Virus record (IMG/VR): IMGVR_UViG_3300030372_001726
Coordinates: 1-34,280 of that record
Source of the DNA: a virus
Lineage: Duplodnaviria; Caudoviricetes
Length of the DNA: 34,280 bases
Direction: 5' to 3' (one strand)
Program-made: the position numbers and the translations under genes
Shown here: positions 23,309 through 33,599 of the stretch, piece by piece
Position numbering within the stretch: position 1 is the first letter of the stretch
Layout of the letters: every line of letters begins with the position of its first letter
Notes under the pieces: model-generated
What the model was told of the DNA's origin: nothing
What the model saw: the letters and a program-made list of their open reading frames with translations, nothing else
The model's database searches: none

Positions 23309-24328
23309 ATGGCAGATACGCCTCAAGAGGAGTCTGTTGTTTCAAAACCAACCTATAATACAGAAGAAACAACTCAAGCATTCGCTACCCTACTAAACAA
23401 AGAAGAGACTGCAAGGAACGAAGAGCTTGAAACACCTACATCGGACAAAGGAGAAGTCGATCTAAAAGAAGACACCGATGATCCCTTAATGGAAGATGTA
23501 GATGTTAGTGAAGAAGTAGTAGATAACGAAGAAGCCTTATCAAAAAACGAAGAGACACTTTATGATGTGACCATAAATGGTAACAAGCAAAAAGTTACAC
23601 TCAATGAGTTAATGAAAGGCTACTCTAGGGAATCAGACTATACCAAAAAGACGATGGATTTAAGTAATCAACGCAAAGAGGTTGAATCTATGCAAGAAAA
23701 CTTAAAGAAAGAGTTTGACGCAGTCAAAAGTTCTCGTGATCAATATGCAACACAATTAGAAATTTTAACTAATAATTTGCAACAAGAAGAGAAAGTAAAT
23801 TGGGATGAGCTTTATCGTGAAGATCCTGCTGAGTATGTACGCAAAAAAGCAGAAGATGATAAACGAAAAGAGTCTTTAAATATTGCTCGTCAAGAGCAAC
23901 TTAGAATTCAAAAAGAACAACAAGAAGAGCAAAAGAAAGTATATAACGAGTATATTGCTAATGAACGAAAAATCTTGTCTGAAAAACTTCCCCAATATGC
24001 TGACAAAAATAAAAGTGCAGAGTTTACAAGACGATTAACAAATTTTGCTAAAGAGAGTGGTTATTCTGATCAAGAAATTGCTATGATGGTAGATCATCGT
24101 GCAGTTTTATTGTTAGCTGATGCTTACAGATATAATCAACTGAAAAAAACAAAATTGTCTAATAACAAAGTAAACAAAACTTCTAAAGTTGTCACTTCTA
24201 ACGCATCTAATGTTAGAGAAGATTCTGAGGTGAAACAAAATATTGATAAGAGAATGTCGAGACTCAAAAAATCTGGACATCTCAAAGATGCACAATCGGT
24301 GTTAAAGGAGATGTACTTTAACGAATAG
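23309..24328 (+). CDS. Capsid scaffolding protein
   Basis: Acidic N-terminus, VTL.EL..GYSRESDYTKKT motif, coiled coil; precedes the capsid gene; AAGGAG RBS. Confidence 0.88.
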   Translation: MADTPQEESVVSKPTYNTEETTQAFATLLNKEETARNEELETPTSDKGEVDLKEDTDDPLMEDVDVSEEVVDNEEALSKNEETLYDVTINGNKQKVTLNELMKGYSRESDYTKKTMDLSNQRKEVESMQENLKKEFDAVKSSRDQYATQLEILTNNLQQEEKVNWDELYREDPAEYVRKKAEDDKRKESLNIARQEQLRIQKEQQEEQKKVYNEYIANERKILSEKLPQYADKNKSAEFTRRLTNFAKESGYSDQEIAMMVDHRAVLLLADAYRYNQLKKTKLSNNKVNKTSKVVTSNASNVREDSEVKQNIDKRMSRLKKSGHLKDAQSVLKEMYFNE

Positions 24329-24337
24329 GAGACTACA

Positions 24338-25342
24338 ATGGCTGTACCTAATAATACAGTACAAACCTATACTCGTGTTGGTATAAGAGAAGATTTAGCA
24401 GATGTTATTTATAACATAGCACCTACTGAAACACCTTTTATGTCTAATGCAGGTACAGGATCAGCTTCTCAAAGTAATCATGAGTGGCAAACAGACGGAT
24501 TGGCTAACGCAGCTGCCAATAAACAAATTGAAGGCGATGATGCAGCAAACTTAGCTACAGTTGCAACAACTAGATTAGGAGATTTTACACAAATATCTAC
24601 AAAAGTTATTGGTGTATCTGGAACTGATCAAGCAGTTACAAATGCAGGTCGTGGTGATGAACTTGCTTACCAAATGGCTAAAGCAGGTAAAGAACTAAAA
24701 AGAGACATGGAGTTTACACTCGTAGGTCAAGAAAATTTTAAAACAGCAGGTGCAGCCGGAACAGCAAGAGAGCTTGGATCAGTTGGAACTTGGTATGGAG
24801 GTAACATACCTGGAACTGCTACTGCAGCTAACAACTATTCAGCTGCAGCCAACACTACTTATGCTAATGCAGCAGGAGCTGTTGGTGCAGGTTTAAATGG
24901 TGATGGTCTTGTTAAAAGAAATGCCAATGGAACTTTAAGAGCTTACACAGAAGATTTACTAAAAGCAGGTTTGAAAAAAACTTTTGAACTTGGTGGAAGT
25001 CCAGATTGTGTAATGATGACTGCTTCTCATAAGCAAACTGCTTCTGGTTTTAATGGTATCGCTACAAACACAAACAACATTGCTGATAAAAGAGTTATCG
25101 GTGCTGTGGATGTGTATGTATCAGACTTTGGCGAAGTAACTTTCGTACCAAATAGACACCAACAAGAAAACAGAGTTGACATTTTGGAAATGGATAAGTG
25201 GGAACTATCTTATCTTAGACCTTTCCAAACTAAAGAACTTGCTAAAACTGGTGACTCAGACAAAAGAATGCTTTTAACTGAGTACACTTTAACTGCAAGA
25301 GCTCCAACTGCCAACTATGGTATTTTTGCTCTAACAGCTTAA
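24338..25342 (+). CDS. Major capsid protein (DUF5309/SU10-like)
   Basis: REDLADVIYNIAPTETPF, HEWQTD, ELKRDME, YVSDFG, LAKTGD motifs; AGGAG RBS. Confidence 0.94.
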   Translation: MAVPNNTVQTYTRVGIREDLADVIYNIAPTETPFMSNAGTGSASQSNHEWQTDGLANAAANKQIEGDDAANLATVATTRLGDFTQISTKVIGVSGTDQAVTNAGRGDELAYQMAKAGKELKRDMEFTLVGQENFKTAGAAGTARELGSVGTWYGGNIPGTATAANNYSAAANTTYANAAGAVGAGLNGDGLVKRNANGTLRAYTEDLLKAGLKKTFELGGSPDCVMMTASHKQTASGFNGIATNTNNIADKRVIGAVDVYVSDFGEVTFVPNRHQQENRVDILEMDKWELSYLRPFQTKELAKTGDSDKRMLLTEYTLTARAPTANYGIFALTA

Positions 25343-25356
25343 ATTAAATTTATATG

Positions 25357-25385
25357 AGGGGAGGAAATTAGTTCCTCCCTTTTTA
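25357..25385 (+). terminator. Rho-independent terminator after the capsid gene
   Basis: GGGAGGAA-ATTAG-TTCCTCCC followed by TTTTT. Confidence 0.85.
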
Positions 25386-25423
25386 ATTGAAGAGCATTAT
25401 GCTCGGAACAATTAAGGAAAACA

Positions 25424-25777
25424 ATGAGAACATTAAACGATTATTTTTTAACAGGAAAAATTACAACTATCTCAACAGCAGGTAGTAGTTTTGTAACTGC
25501 TCCTGATAGTGGAAAAATTATTAAAATTTATACTACAATTAAAAATGCAATTTCTTCTGCTGATGCAGGTCTATCTTTTGAAATAGGTGGAGTAGCTGTC
25601 GGTGGTGGTGGCATTACAGTAACACAATCTGGTTCAGCTGCAGGAGATGTTGATTCAGCAACTCCTTCAAGTGCAAATTATGTAGCAGAAGGACAAGCAA
25701 TAGAAATGATAACAGATGGTGCATCTTCAACTGCTTGTGAGTGTGAAGTAACTTTTGTAATCAGAAGAATGGGGTAA
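25424..25777 (+). CDS. Putative capsid decoration/structural protein
   Basis: 117 aa, small-residue beta-rich; follows the capsid gene. Confidence 0.65.
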   Translation: MRTLNDYFLTGKITTISTAGSSFVTAPDSGKIIKIYTTIKNAISSADAGLSFEIGGVAVGGGGITVTQSGSAAGDVDSATPSSANYVAEGQAIEMITDGASSTACECEVTFVIRRMG

Positions 25778-25779
25778 TT

Positions 25780-26076
25780 ATGGCTAATGCAGGAATATAT
25801 TATGGCAGACCTTCAACAATACATAAAATTGATTTTACTGATTCATCAGTAGCAAATTCAACTGCTTTTAGTTCAGACACGAGTTATGTAATGTTATGTT
25901 CAAAAACAGCAGGGTGTCATTTTGTTGTTGCATCATCTCCAACTGCAACTGTTAATGGAGGATCTTATTTACCAAAAGATGAAGTTATTTTTATCAAAGT
26001 AAGTGGTGGCGATAAAATTGGAGCTATCAGAGAAGCATCTACAAGTGGCAGTTTATACGCAACCGAGATGGTATGA
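25780..26076 (+). CDS. Putative structural protein
   Basis: 98 aa beta-rich. Confidence 0.65.
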   Translation: MANAGIYYGRPSTIHKIDFTDSSVANSTAFSSDTSYVMLCSKTAGCHFVVASSPTATVNGGSYLPKDEVIFIKVSGGDKIGAIREASTSGSLYATEMV

Positions 26077-26429
26077 CAAAAAAACTTTGGATAGACGATA
26101 CAAATAGTGCATCAACTTTAAAAACAAGAATGCACATTGATGAAAGTGAAAATAAATATCACTTTGAAGATGTGCAAGATGTTGAGCCTTTAATAGACAT
26201 GAATAAAAAAGAGTCTAATTTAGGTAATGATGCACTAAAGTTTCATGGTGAACTTGGTAAACACGCAGGAATGACTAAGGTTGCCTCTATCCCTCTTGTT
26301 GTTGTTCAACAACTTGCCCAAAAAGGAATAATGAACCAAGCAGGTGGTATAAAAGACAAAGAGGCATTTAAAAAATGGCTTAATGATCCTGATAATAGAT
26401 TTTTTAAAACTTATAATGGAAAAATATAA
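26073..26429 (+). CDS. Conserved phage protein
   Basis: QDVEP, KVASIP, KKWLNDPDNRFF motifs. Confidence 0.75.
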   Translation: MTKKLWIDDTNSASTLKTRMHIDESENKYHFEDVQDVEPLIDMNKKESNLGNDALKFHGELGKHAGMTKVASIPLVVVQQLAQKGIMNQAGGIKDKEAFKKWLNDPDNRFFKTYNGKI

Positions 26430-27058
26430 TGGCTTTGGACTCATACGCAAATTTAAAAACAGAGATTGCAAATTATCTAAACAGAACAGATTTAACATCT
26501 TATTTAGACACATTTATTGAATTAGCAGAATCTCGTATAGCTCGTGATTTACGATTACGAGAAATGGAAACTATAGACACATCAATAACAACTGTTTCTG
26601 GAACACAAAGTTATGATTTGCCAACAGGATATTTAGAAATGCGATATGTTGCTTATCAAACAAGTCCTTATACTTTTCTTACTTTCTTAGCTCCACCAGA
26701 TTTTATGCGAGTGTATAATGCAGGTGAAGGATCTGGAACGCCATCACATTACACTATTATTGGTAGTAAAATTTATTTAGGAATGCAACCAGATGCAGCT
26801 AAAGTTTTAGAATTAGGATTTTTTAAAAGACCAACAGGATTGTCTGCTGTTAATACAACAAATGAAATTTTAACAAACTTTCCAGATATTTATTTATATT
26901 CTTGCCTTGCAGAAAGTGAGCCTTTTTTAATGAACGATGAAAGACTACAAGTTTGGGCATCGCTATATAAAGAAGCAGTAGAGACTGCAAATAATTCTGC
27001 ACAAAGAGGAAGATCATCTGGAGCACCTTTAAATATGACTGCTAGAATGGTGGTCTAA
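26429..27058 (+). CDS. Head-tail adaptor (tail tubular protein A-like)
   Basis: Y..LK..IANYLNRTDL....FI.LAE.R..R.LR; PDIYLY. Confidence 0.82.
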   Translation: MALDSYANLKTEIANYLNRTDLTSYLDTFIELAESRIARDLRLREMETIDTSITTVSGTQSYDLPTGYLEMRYVAYQTSPYTFLTFLAPPDFMRVYNAGEGSGTPSHYTIIGSKIYLGMQPDAAKVLELGFFKRPTGLSAVNTTNEILTNFPDIYLYSCLAESEPFLMNDERLQVWASLYKEAVETANNSAQRGRSSGAPLNMTARMVV

Positions 27059-28555
27059 ATGGCTGACATTCAATTTGGTCAATTACAAGCAGATTTACCT
27101 GCTTATCAAAACACAGGATCAATAAAGATTAATAATGTGATTCCTTTAGCTCAAGGTTATAAATCTTTTCCAAGATTTGTAGCTTTAAGTGGAACAGGAT
27201 TAGGCAATACACCAGTTGGGTTATTTACTTCTTTCTCTGCATCTGGAACAACTAATTATGCAGGAGATACAACTAAACTATATCAAATGGATAGTTCACT
27301 TGTATTTCAAGATAAATCTAAAGCAGGTGGTTATAGTAATTCCACAACAGAAAACTCAAGAGACTTTTGGGCATTCACACAGTTTGGATCAAATATAATT
27401 GCAACTAACCATGCTGATAATATTCAAAAATTTGAAGAGGGTGTAGACTCAGCTTTTAGTGATCTTGTTTCTTTAAAAGCAAAATATTTAGCTGTTGTTA
27501 GAGATTTTGTTGTTGCAGGATATACAACCGAGTCTGGAACAGTTTACAATCAACGAGTTAAATGGTCTGGATTAAATAATTCGGCTCAATGGACTCCAAG
27601 TCAAACCACACAGTCTGGTTATCAAGATATTGTTGGTACTCATGGTAATGTACAGGCAATAGTAGGTGGTGAATCTTTTGGTATTGTTTTCATGGAGAGA
27701 GCAATATTTAGAATGAGTTATGTTGGAACTCCACTTATCTTTCAGTTTGATAAAATTGCAGATAACATTGGAGCTTTTTCTCCTAAAAGTGTTGTTTCTT
27801 TTGGATCAGACATATTCTTTTTGGCTCAAGATGGTTTTTATAAATTATCTGGTGGTCAACAATTAACACCAATAGGTATAGGAAAAGTTAATGAATTTTT
27901 CTTCGCAGATACAACAAGCAACTTTGAAGGGATTTGTAGTGCAGTAGATCCAAATAATTCAATGGTTATTTGGTCTTATAGAGGAAGTGGTGCAACCGGC
28001 ACAGGAACAGTTAATAATAAATTACTTTGTTATAACTATGCAGTTGATAGATGGAGTACAGGTAGTGATCAAGATTTACATTTTATTAATTCTGCATCGC
28101 AAGAGGCTTTTACTACTTTAGAGGCACTTGATATTTTAGGAACAATAGACGAGTTGCCATATAGTTTAGATTCTTATGCTTATGGTGAGGGAATTATAGG
28201 TTTAAGTGGATTTAATTCTGCAAAAAAATTTGGAAAGTTTCTTGGTGCAAGTTTAGATGCAACAGTAGACTCAACCGAATTTGAAGGTGCAAAAAATCGC
28301 AACAGTACATTATTAAATGCTAGACCGATTGTTGATGCTAATGGAAGTGCAAATACAACAATAACAGTTACACCTATTACCAGGTCCTCTCAAGCTGATG
28401 CAGTTACAGAAGGATCGGCTGTTAGTACGCAATCTAATGGTGATTGTCCAATGCGATCTACAAGTAGATATCATCGTCTTAGAGTTAATGTGACAGGAAA
28501 CTTTAAAACTTTATCTGGAATTGATGTAGAGGCTAAAGAAACAGGAAAAAGATAA
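27059..28555 (+). CDS. Tail nozzle/stabilisation protein (tail tubular protein B-like)
   Basis: 498 aa beta-propeller-like; position after the adaptor. Confidence 0.8.
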   Translation: MADIQFGQLQADLPAYQNTGSIKINNVIPLAQGYKSFPRFVALSGTGLGNTPVGLFTSFSASGTTNYAGDTTKLYQMDSSLVFQDKSKAGGYSNSTTENSRDFWAFTQFGSNIIATNHADNIQKFEEGVDSAFSDLVSLKAKYLAVVRDFVVAGYTTESGTVYNQRVKWSGLNNSAQWTPSQTTQSGYQDIVGTHGNVQAIVGGESFGIVFMERAIFRMSYVGTPLIFQFDKIADNIGAFSPKSVVSFGSDIFFLAQDGFYKLSGGQQLTPIGIGKVNEFFFADTTSNFEGICSAVDPNNSMVIWSYRGSGATGTGTVNNKLLCYNYAVDRWSTGSDQDLHFINSASQEAFTTLEALDILGTIDELPYSLDSYAYGEGIIGLSGFNSAKKFGKFLGASLDATVDSTEFEGAKNRNSTLLNARPIVDANGSANTTITVTPITRSSQADAVTEGSAVSTQSNGDCPMRSTSRYHRLRVNVTGNFKTLSGIDVEAKETGKR

Positions 28556-28884
28556 TGGCTCAAAACCAATATTTAAAAGTTCCTGTATCAATGCCGGATA
28601 GTTCACAGCATTTACGATTAATTTCAAATACTGTAAACAACACACTTGATGGAAAATTAAACTCAACAGGAAATATAACTTTAACAGCAAGTGCAACAAC
28701 AACAACTTTAACTGATAGAAGAATAGGTGCAAACTCTATAATTTTATTTATGCCTACGACGGCAAATGGAAACACAGCAAAAACTAATTTATATGTTTCT
28801 GCAAGAGCAGATGGATCAGCAACATTAACACACGCTAGTTCGTCAAATAATGATCAGACCTTTGGATATATTGTTATTGGATGA
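28555..28884 (+). CDS. Putative tail needle/structural protein
   Basis: 109 aa, Thr-rich, GKLNSTG motif. Confidence 0.65.
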   Translation: MAQNQYLKVPVSMPDSSQHLRLISNTVNNTLDGKLNSTGNITLTASATTTTLTDRRIGANSIILFMPTTANGNTAKTNLYVSARADGSATLTHASSSNNDQTFGYIVIG

Positions 28885-29270
28885 TCATAAAAGTACCTCC
28901 AGAAGATTTACATATTATCTGGAACGAAGTTGAGCCAAAAATAAAAAAAGCTCTTGATGACTGTTACTCAAGTCAAGATATTTTAGATGGTTTAATACAA
29001 AATAAATTTCAACTTTTTATTAGTTGGGAAAACAAAGTGGAAAGTGCAGTAATTACAGAAGTTGCACAATACCCACAAAAAAAGATTTGTCGTTATTTCT
29101 TAGCAGGAGGTAGCAACATGAATAATTGGCTTGAGCCAATACAACAAGAAATAGAAAAATTTGCCAAATACAATAACTGTCAAGCAATAGAGGTTGCAGG
29201 GCGAAAAGGATGGGCAAAAAAATTAAAAGGATATGAACAAAAAATATATTTATTTAGCAAGGAATTATAA
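28881..29270 (+). CDS. GNAT-fold-like phage protein
   Basis: ITEV..YP.KK....LAGG....W and GRKGW motifs; position before the ejection proteins. Confidence 0.65.
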   Translation: MIIKVPPEDLHIIWNEVEPKIKKALDDCYSSQDILDGLIQNKFQLFISWENKVESAVITEVAQYPQKKICRYFLAGGSNMNNWLEPIQQEIEKFAKYNNCQAIEVAGRKGWAKKLKGYEQKIYLFSKEL

Positions 29271-30085
29271 TGTCAAAAGGTAGTAGTCCAACAAATGTAA
29301 CAACAACAACGAGTGCAGAGCCATCGGAGTTTGTTAAACCTTATGTTACAGAAGCATTCGATCAAGCACAAAATTTATTTCAATCAGGTGTACCAAATTA
29401 TTATCCAAATCAAACATATACAAATTTTGCACCAGAGACTACTGCAGCTTTACAATTAGCAACAAACAGAGCATTAAGTAATCCTCTTCTTGCATCTAGT
29501 CAGAGTGAAATAAATAAAATATTACAAGGTGATTATCTTGATCCAAGTACAAACCAATATTCAAAAGCATTATATGATCAAATTGCAGGAGATGTAACAT
29601 CTGGTGTTCAATCACAATTTTCGAAAGCAGGAAGACTTGGCTCGGCAGCTAATCAAAGTGTATTAGCAGAAGAGTTAGGTAATGTTGCAAATCAAGTGTA
29701 TGGCGATCAATATAACAGAGAACGAGATCGTATGGCTCAAGCAACACAAATTGCACCAAATCTTGCAGCTATGGATTACCAAGATATACAAGCATTATCT
29801 GGTGTTGGTCAAACTAGAGAAGCGATGGAAATGGCACAGATACAAGATGCAATGGCTCGTTTTGATTTTGAACAACAAAAACCATATTACAAACTTAGAG
29901 AATATTTAGGATCTATTGGTGCTAATGTTCCAACAACAACATCTTCTACAAAACCTATATTTAGAAATACTGGTGCAGGTTTACTTGGTGGTGCAATGCA
30001 AGGAGCTGAGTTAGCAGGAATGATACCTGGAATGGGATCTGGTGTAGGTGCTATCGGTGGTGGCATACTTGGAGGATTCTTTTAA
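29270..30085 (+). CDS. Internal virion/DNA ejection protein
   Basis: Q/A-rich helical with G-rich hydrophobic C-terminus. Confidence 0.72.
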   Translation: MSKGSSPTNVTTTTSAEPSEFVKPYVTEAFDQAQNLFQSGVPNYYPNQTYTNFAPETTAALQLATNRALSNPLLASSQSEINKILQGDYLDPSTNQYSKALYDQIAGDVTSGVQSQFSKAGRLGSAANQSVLAEELGNVANQVYGDQYNRERDRMAQATQIAPNLAAMDYQDIQALSGVGQTREAMEMAQIQDAMARFDFEQQKPYYKLREYLGSIGANVPTTTSSTKPIFRNTGAGLLGGAMQGAELAGMIPGMGSGVGAIGGGILGGFF

Positions 30086-31596
30086 TGGCAAATCAGTATG
30101 ATACTAGAAAAGCTATTTTAAATGCTGGTTTAAGTTATCCAGTCAATACAAATCAAATGAATAATGCAGTAAAAAATTTTAGTGCTATAAATACACCTAG
30201 TGGTTATTCTTCTTTAGGTAGTCAAATGGCTGCACAAAATCAATTTCAAAACATTCAACCAAAAGGTTTTTCTTCTCTTGGTCAGCAAATGAATGCAAAT
30301 AATGTTCCAATGCCAACAGGAAGATTTTCAGCAATAAGTGATAAAGGTGGATCAGTAACTCCACCAAACTTTAAAAATAATTTATTAAATTATGTTTTTT
30401 CACCAGAAGGCAAAGGGATGGCTCAAGGTCTTTTAGAGGCTAGTGGTTATTCAGACACTCCAATTAGTTTTGGTCAAGCACTTGCTATGGGAATGAAAAG
30501 AGGTAATGAAGCAAAGGCTAGTGCCTCTGCATCACAATTAGCTCAAGATAAATTTAATTATCAAAAAGAACAAGATATTTTAGACAGAGCTTTAGCATAC
30601 GCACAAATAAAACCTGCATCTGTTCCGGCATTGCAACAAAACATTAGAGCAATGTTAGAAGGACAAGGTTTAAAACCTGGAACTCCAGAATATGATGTTG
30701 CTTTTGCAAATGCAATTAATGATTATTTAACAAAATCTAGTGGCACAAAAGTAGATATTGGAGGAATAAATTTAAAAGCAGAGGGCAAAGGTACTGAACA
30801 AATGTACATTAATGCAGCTAATAGAAATGATGCAGCTTTTACAAAGATTCAAGAAACATCACAATTAGCCTCTGATCAAAATATTAGCATAGATTCCATG
30901 ATGAGAATTATGCGAAATATGGATGAGTCTGATTTTGGTACTTTTGGAACTACAAAATTATATCTTAAACAATTTGCAAAACAAATGGGTTTAAATGAAG
31001 AAGATATTTCAAGTCCAGAAGTATTTTATTCTTTAGCAGGTGATTTTGTTATGGGACAAATTGCTAAAACAAAAGGTGCAATTTCAAATAAAGAAATGGC
31101 ATATTTTGAAATGATATCTCCAGGTTTATCTCGTTCTAAACAAGGTAACATTTTACAACTACAATTAGCAAAAGAAGTAAATAAATTTCACATTGACTTA
31201 GAAGAGAAAAGAGCTGATTTTCAAATGTTGGCTGCAAAAGAAGGTTGGGATTCAATTAGAACTGAAGCTGAATGGATTAAAGAGTCTAAAAGATTATATT
31301 CAGAAAATAAAGTTATTGGAAATTTAGAAAAGAAAATGGAAAATAATATTATTAACCAAGCGAACAAAATGGCTAATAAAAATAACATTCAGTTAGTATT
31401 TAATCCTAGTAGTTTAGAAGATAAAAAAATTATCCAAAATCAAATACAATCTTATTATGACAATACTGATGGCTCAGAAGTTATTGGTATGCAATTAGTT
31501 GGTTATACTGATGAGGGTTATTTAGAGTACATGGTTGATCTAGGAAATGATCGTTATGAAAAAAGAACAATTAAAACAAACTTAGGAAAAGAATAA
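30085..31596 (+). CDS. Internal virion/DNA ejection protein
   Basis: 503 aa; GLLEASG...P.SFGQAL and KGAISNKEM motifs. Confidence 0.72.
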   Translation: MANQYDTRKAILNAGLSYPVNTNQMNNAVKNFSAINTPSGYSSLGSQMAAQNQFQNIQPKGFSSLGQQMNANNVPMPTGRFSAISDKGGSVTPPNFKNNLLNYVFSPEGKGMAQGLLEASGYSDTPISFGQALAMGMKRGNEAKASASASQLAQDKFNYQKEQDILDRALAYAQIKPASVPALQQNIRAMLEGQGLKPGTPEYDVAFANAINDYLTKSSGTKVDIGGINLKAEGKGTEQMYINAANRNDAAFTKIQETSQLASDQNISIDSMMRIMRNMDESDFGTFGTTKLYLKQFAKQMGLNEEDISSPEVFYSLAGDFVMGQIAKTKGAISNKEMAYFEMISPGLSRSKQGNILQLQLAKEVNKFHIDLEEKRADFQMLAAKEGWDSIRTEAEWIKESKRLYSENKVIGNLEKKMENNIINQANKMANKNNIQLVFNPSSLEDKKIIQNQIQSYYDNTDGSEVIGMQLVGYTDEGYLEYMVDLGNDRYEKRTIKTNLGKE

Positions 31597-33599
31597 TGGC
31601 TGAAAAAACAAGTGTAGGATCTGATGTAGGAAATAGTTTACCCTCTGGTTTATTAAAAGCAGGAGCAGGATTATTATCTTTTCCAGAGACAATTTGGAAT
31701 CTTGCAGGTCATGGTGGTGCTTGGGCAGAAAGAAAACTAGGTGATGCTACTGGATTAAAAATACCTGGATTAATGAACTCCGATGCAAAATACGAAGATG
31801 TTAATATTCCTTTGTTGCCTAGTTACGATGAAGCAAAAAATTATATGCGTATTTTTAAAAATGTTGATGGTGAGCCTATTGTAGATTATGATTCAAAAAC
31901 ATTACCAGGAAAAATGGTTAACACAGCTGCAGAGTGGGGATTAGGTGGTGGAGCTTTTACTAAGTTTCAAAAATTTCCAACCTTAATGGCTGCAGGTGCA
32001 GGTGCAACAGGAGAGGCTGTTGAAGGCACAGGAGTTATAAGTGAAGGTCAAGCATGGAAGGTCGGTTTGGCAGTAGATATTATTGGCAATATTTCTCATG
32101 GTGTTATTAAACCTAATGATGCCAAAAGATTAAAAATGATTTTAGATGATCTAAGTGAAAATGGTCAATTAGATGAAGTACAAAATATTATAAATGCAGC
32201 TAATGAAAAAGGCATTAAATTAACAGTTCCAGAAGCTATTGCAGGAGTTACTGATGATACAGCTATTTTATCAGTAGCAGATAATGTCTATGCAACATCT
32301 GGTGGTGGAACAATTATAGATAAATTTACTAAAAATAGATTTCCACAACTTAACGAAGCTAATAGAAATTTTTTAAATGAAAATTTTGATATAATTAATG
32401 TTGATAGCATTGATCCAAAAATTGTTACTAATAAATTTGTTTCTACATTAATAAAAGGACAAGATGACATTCGAATTGCTATAAATAATAAAGCAAGACA
32501 ATTAAAAGATGGTGGTTGGGCAAAGTTTGATGAAGGAACATTTAATTTTGAAGTAACTGCAGCTTACATGAAAAATCTGTCTAACAGAATTAAAAATGGT
32601 GATACTGCATCAAAAGGTTTAATCCAAGAAAATATTTTAAATAAAATAACAGCACAAGGTAAAACAGATTTAAGCATTACAAATTTAAAAACAATTTATG
32701 ATGATGGAATGGATGTTGTAAAAGATTTAAAAGCAAATAATCAGCACAATAAAGCATTTCAATTAAATGCAGAATTAAAATTAATTAGAACAGTTTTAGA
32801 TAATAACCAATATTACAAAAGAGCAAGTGAATTTACTGTTAAAGCCAATAAAAAACTTTCAGAAAAAATGGATGCTTTTACTATTGGTGGTCAAGTAAAC
32901 AAAATTAAAAATTTAGAAAATTCTATGAGTACTATAAGAAAGGTTTTATTTTCAGAAGATGTAAGTCCTTTAAATATTCAAAAGTTATCTAAAGAATTAA
33001 ATAAAATTGATCCTAGTTTATTTCCAGAAGTATCTGGTATGTTGTTTTCTAAAAACTTTACTAAGTTAATGAATAAAGCTGATGATCCGATGATTGGAAT
33101 GAAGTTTTATAACTTAATGATGGGTAAAAACCAAAAACTTACAGAACAATTAATTAAAGGTACTGCCTCTGCTCAAGGTAAAAATGTTGATGAGGCTTGG
33201 TTAGGTTTTCAAAAACTAATGACAATTTATAAATCAACAGGATTTAGAGCAACAAAAGGATCTTCAACTGCAGCTAGAAAAGAGCAATTTGAGGAATGGA
33301 AAAAATTAGGCATACCTCTTGAAGGAGTTGATATTACAAAACCATCTACATTATTAGAAGGTTTTAAAAATTATTTATTTAATTCAAGAGCCGAAGATTT
33401 AGCAACAGCATTTACTGATCCTAATGGCATAGAAAAATTAATTAAAATTGCTAATGCAAGTAGATGGGGACAGATATCTTCTAATATGAATGCTTTGTTT
33501 GGTTTAATTCCAGAAGAAGTAAAAGAAGGTGAGCCGGAACATATAAAGCAACAAAATATAATTAAAAATGAATTACTAGAAAAGACAGGAGTAAGTTAA
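31596..33599 (+). CDS. Large internal virion/DNA ejection protein
   Basis: 667 aa helical with G/A-rich segment; third of the ejection-gene trio. Confidence 0.7.
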   Translation: MAEKTSVGSDVGNSLPSGLLKAGAGLLSFPETIWNLAGHGGAWAERKLGDATGLKIPGLMNSDAKYEDVNIPLLPSYDEAKNYMRIFKNVDGEPIVDYDSKTLPGKMVNTAAEWGLGGGAFTKFQKFPTLMAAGAGATGEAVEGTGVISEGQAWKVGLAVDIIGNISHGVIKPNDAKRLKMILDDLSENGQLDEVQNIINAANEKGIKLTVPEAIAGVTDDTAILSVADNVYATSGGGTIIDKFTKNRFPQLNEANRNFLNENFDIINVDSIDPKIVTNKFVSTLIKGQDDIRIAINNKARQLKDGGWAKFDEGTFNFEVTAAYMKNLSNRIKNGDTASKGLIQENILNKITAQGKTDLSITNLKTIYDDGMDVVKDLKANNQHNKAFQLNAELKLIRTVLDNNQYYKRASEFTVKANKKLSEKMDAFTIGGQVNKIKNLENSMSTIRKVLFSEDVSPLNIQKLSKELNKIDPSLFPEVSGMLFSKNFTKLMNKADDPMIGMKFYNLMMGKNQKLTEQLIKGTASAQGKNVDEAWLGFQKLMTIYKSTGFRATKGSSTAARKEQFEEWKKLGIPLEGVDITKPSTLLEGFKNYLFNSRAEDLATAFTDPNGIEKLIKIANASRWGQISSNMNALFGLIPEEVKEGEPEHIKQQNIIKNELLEKTGVS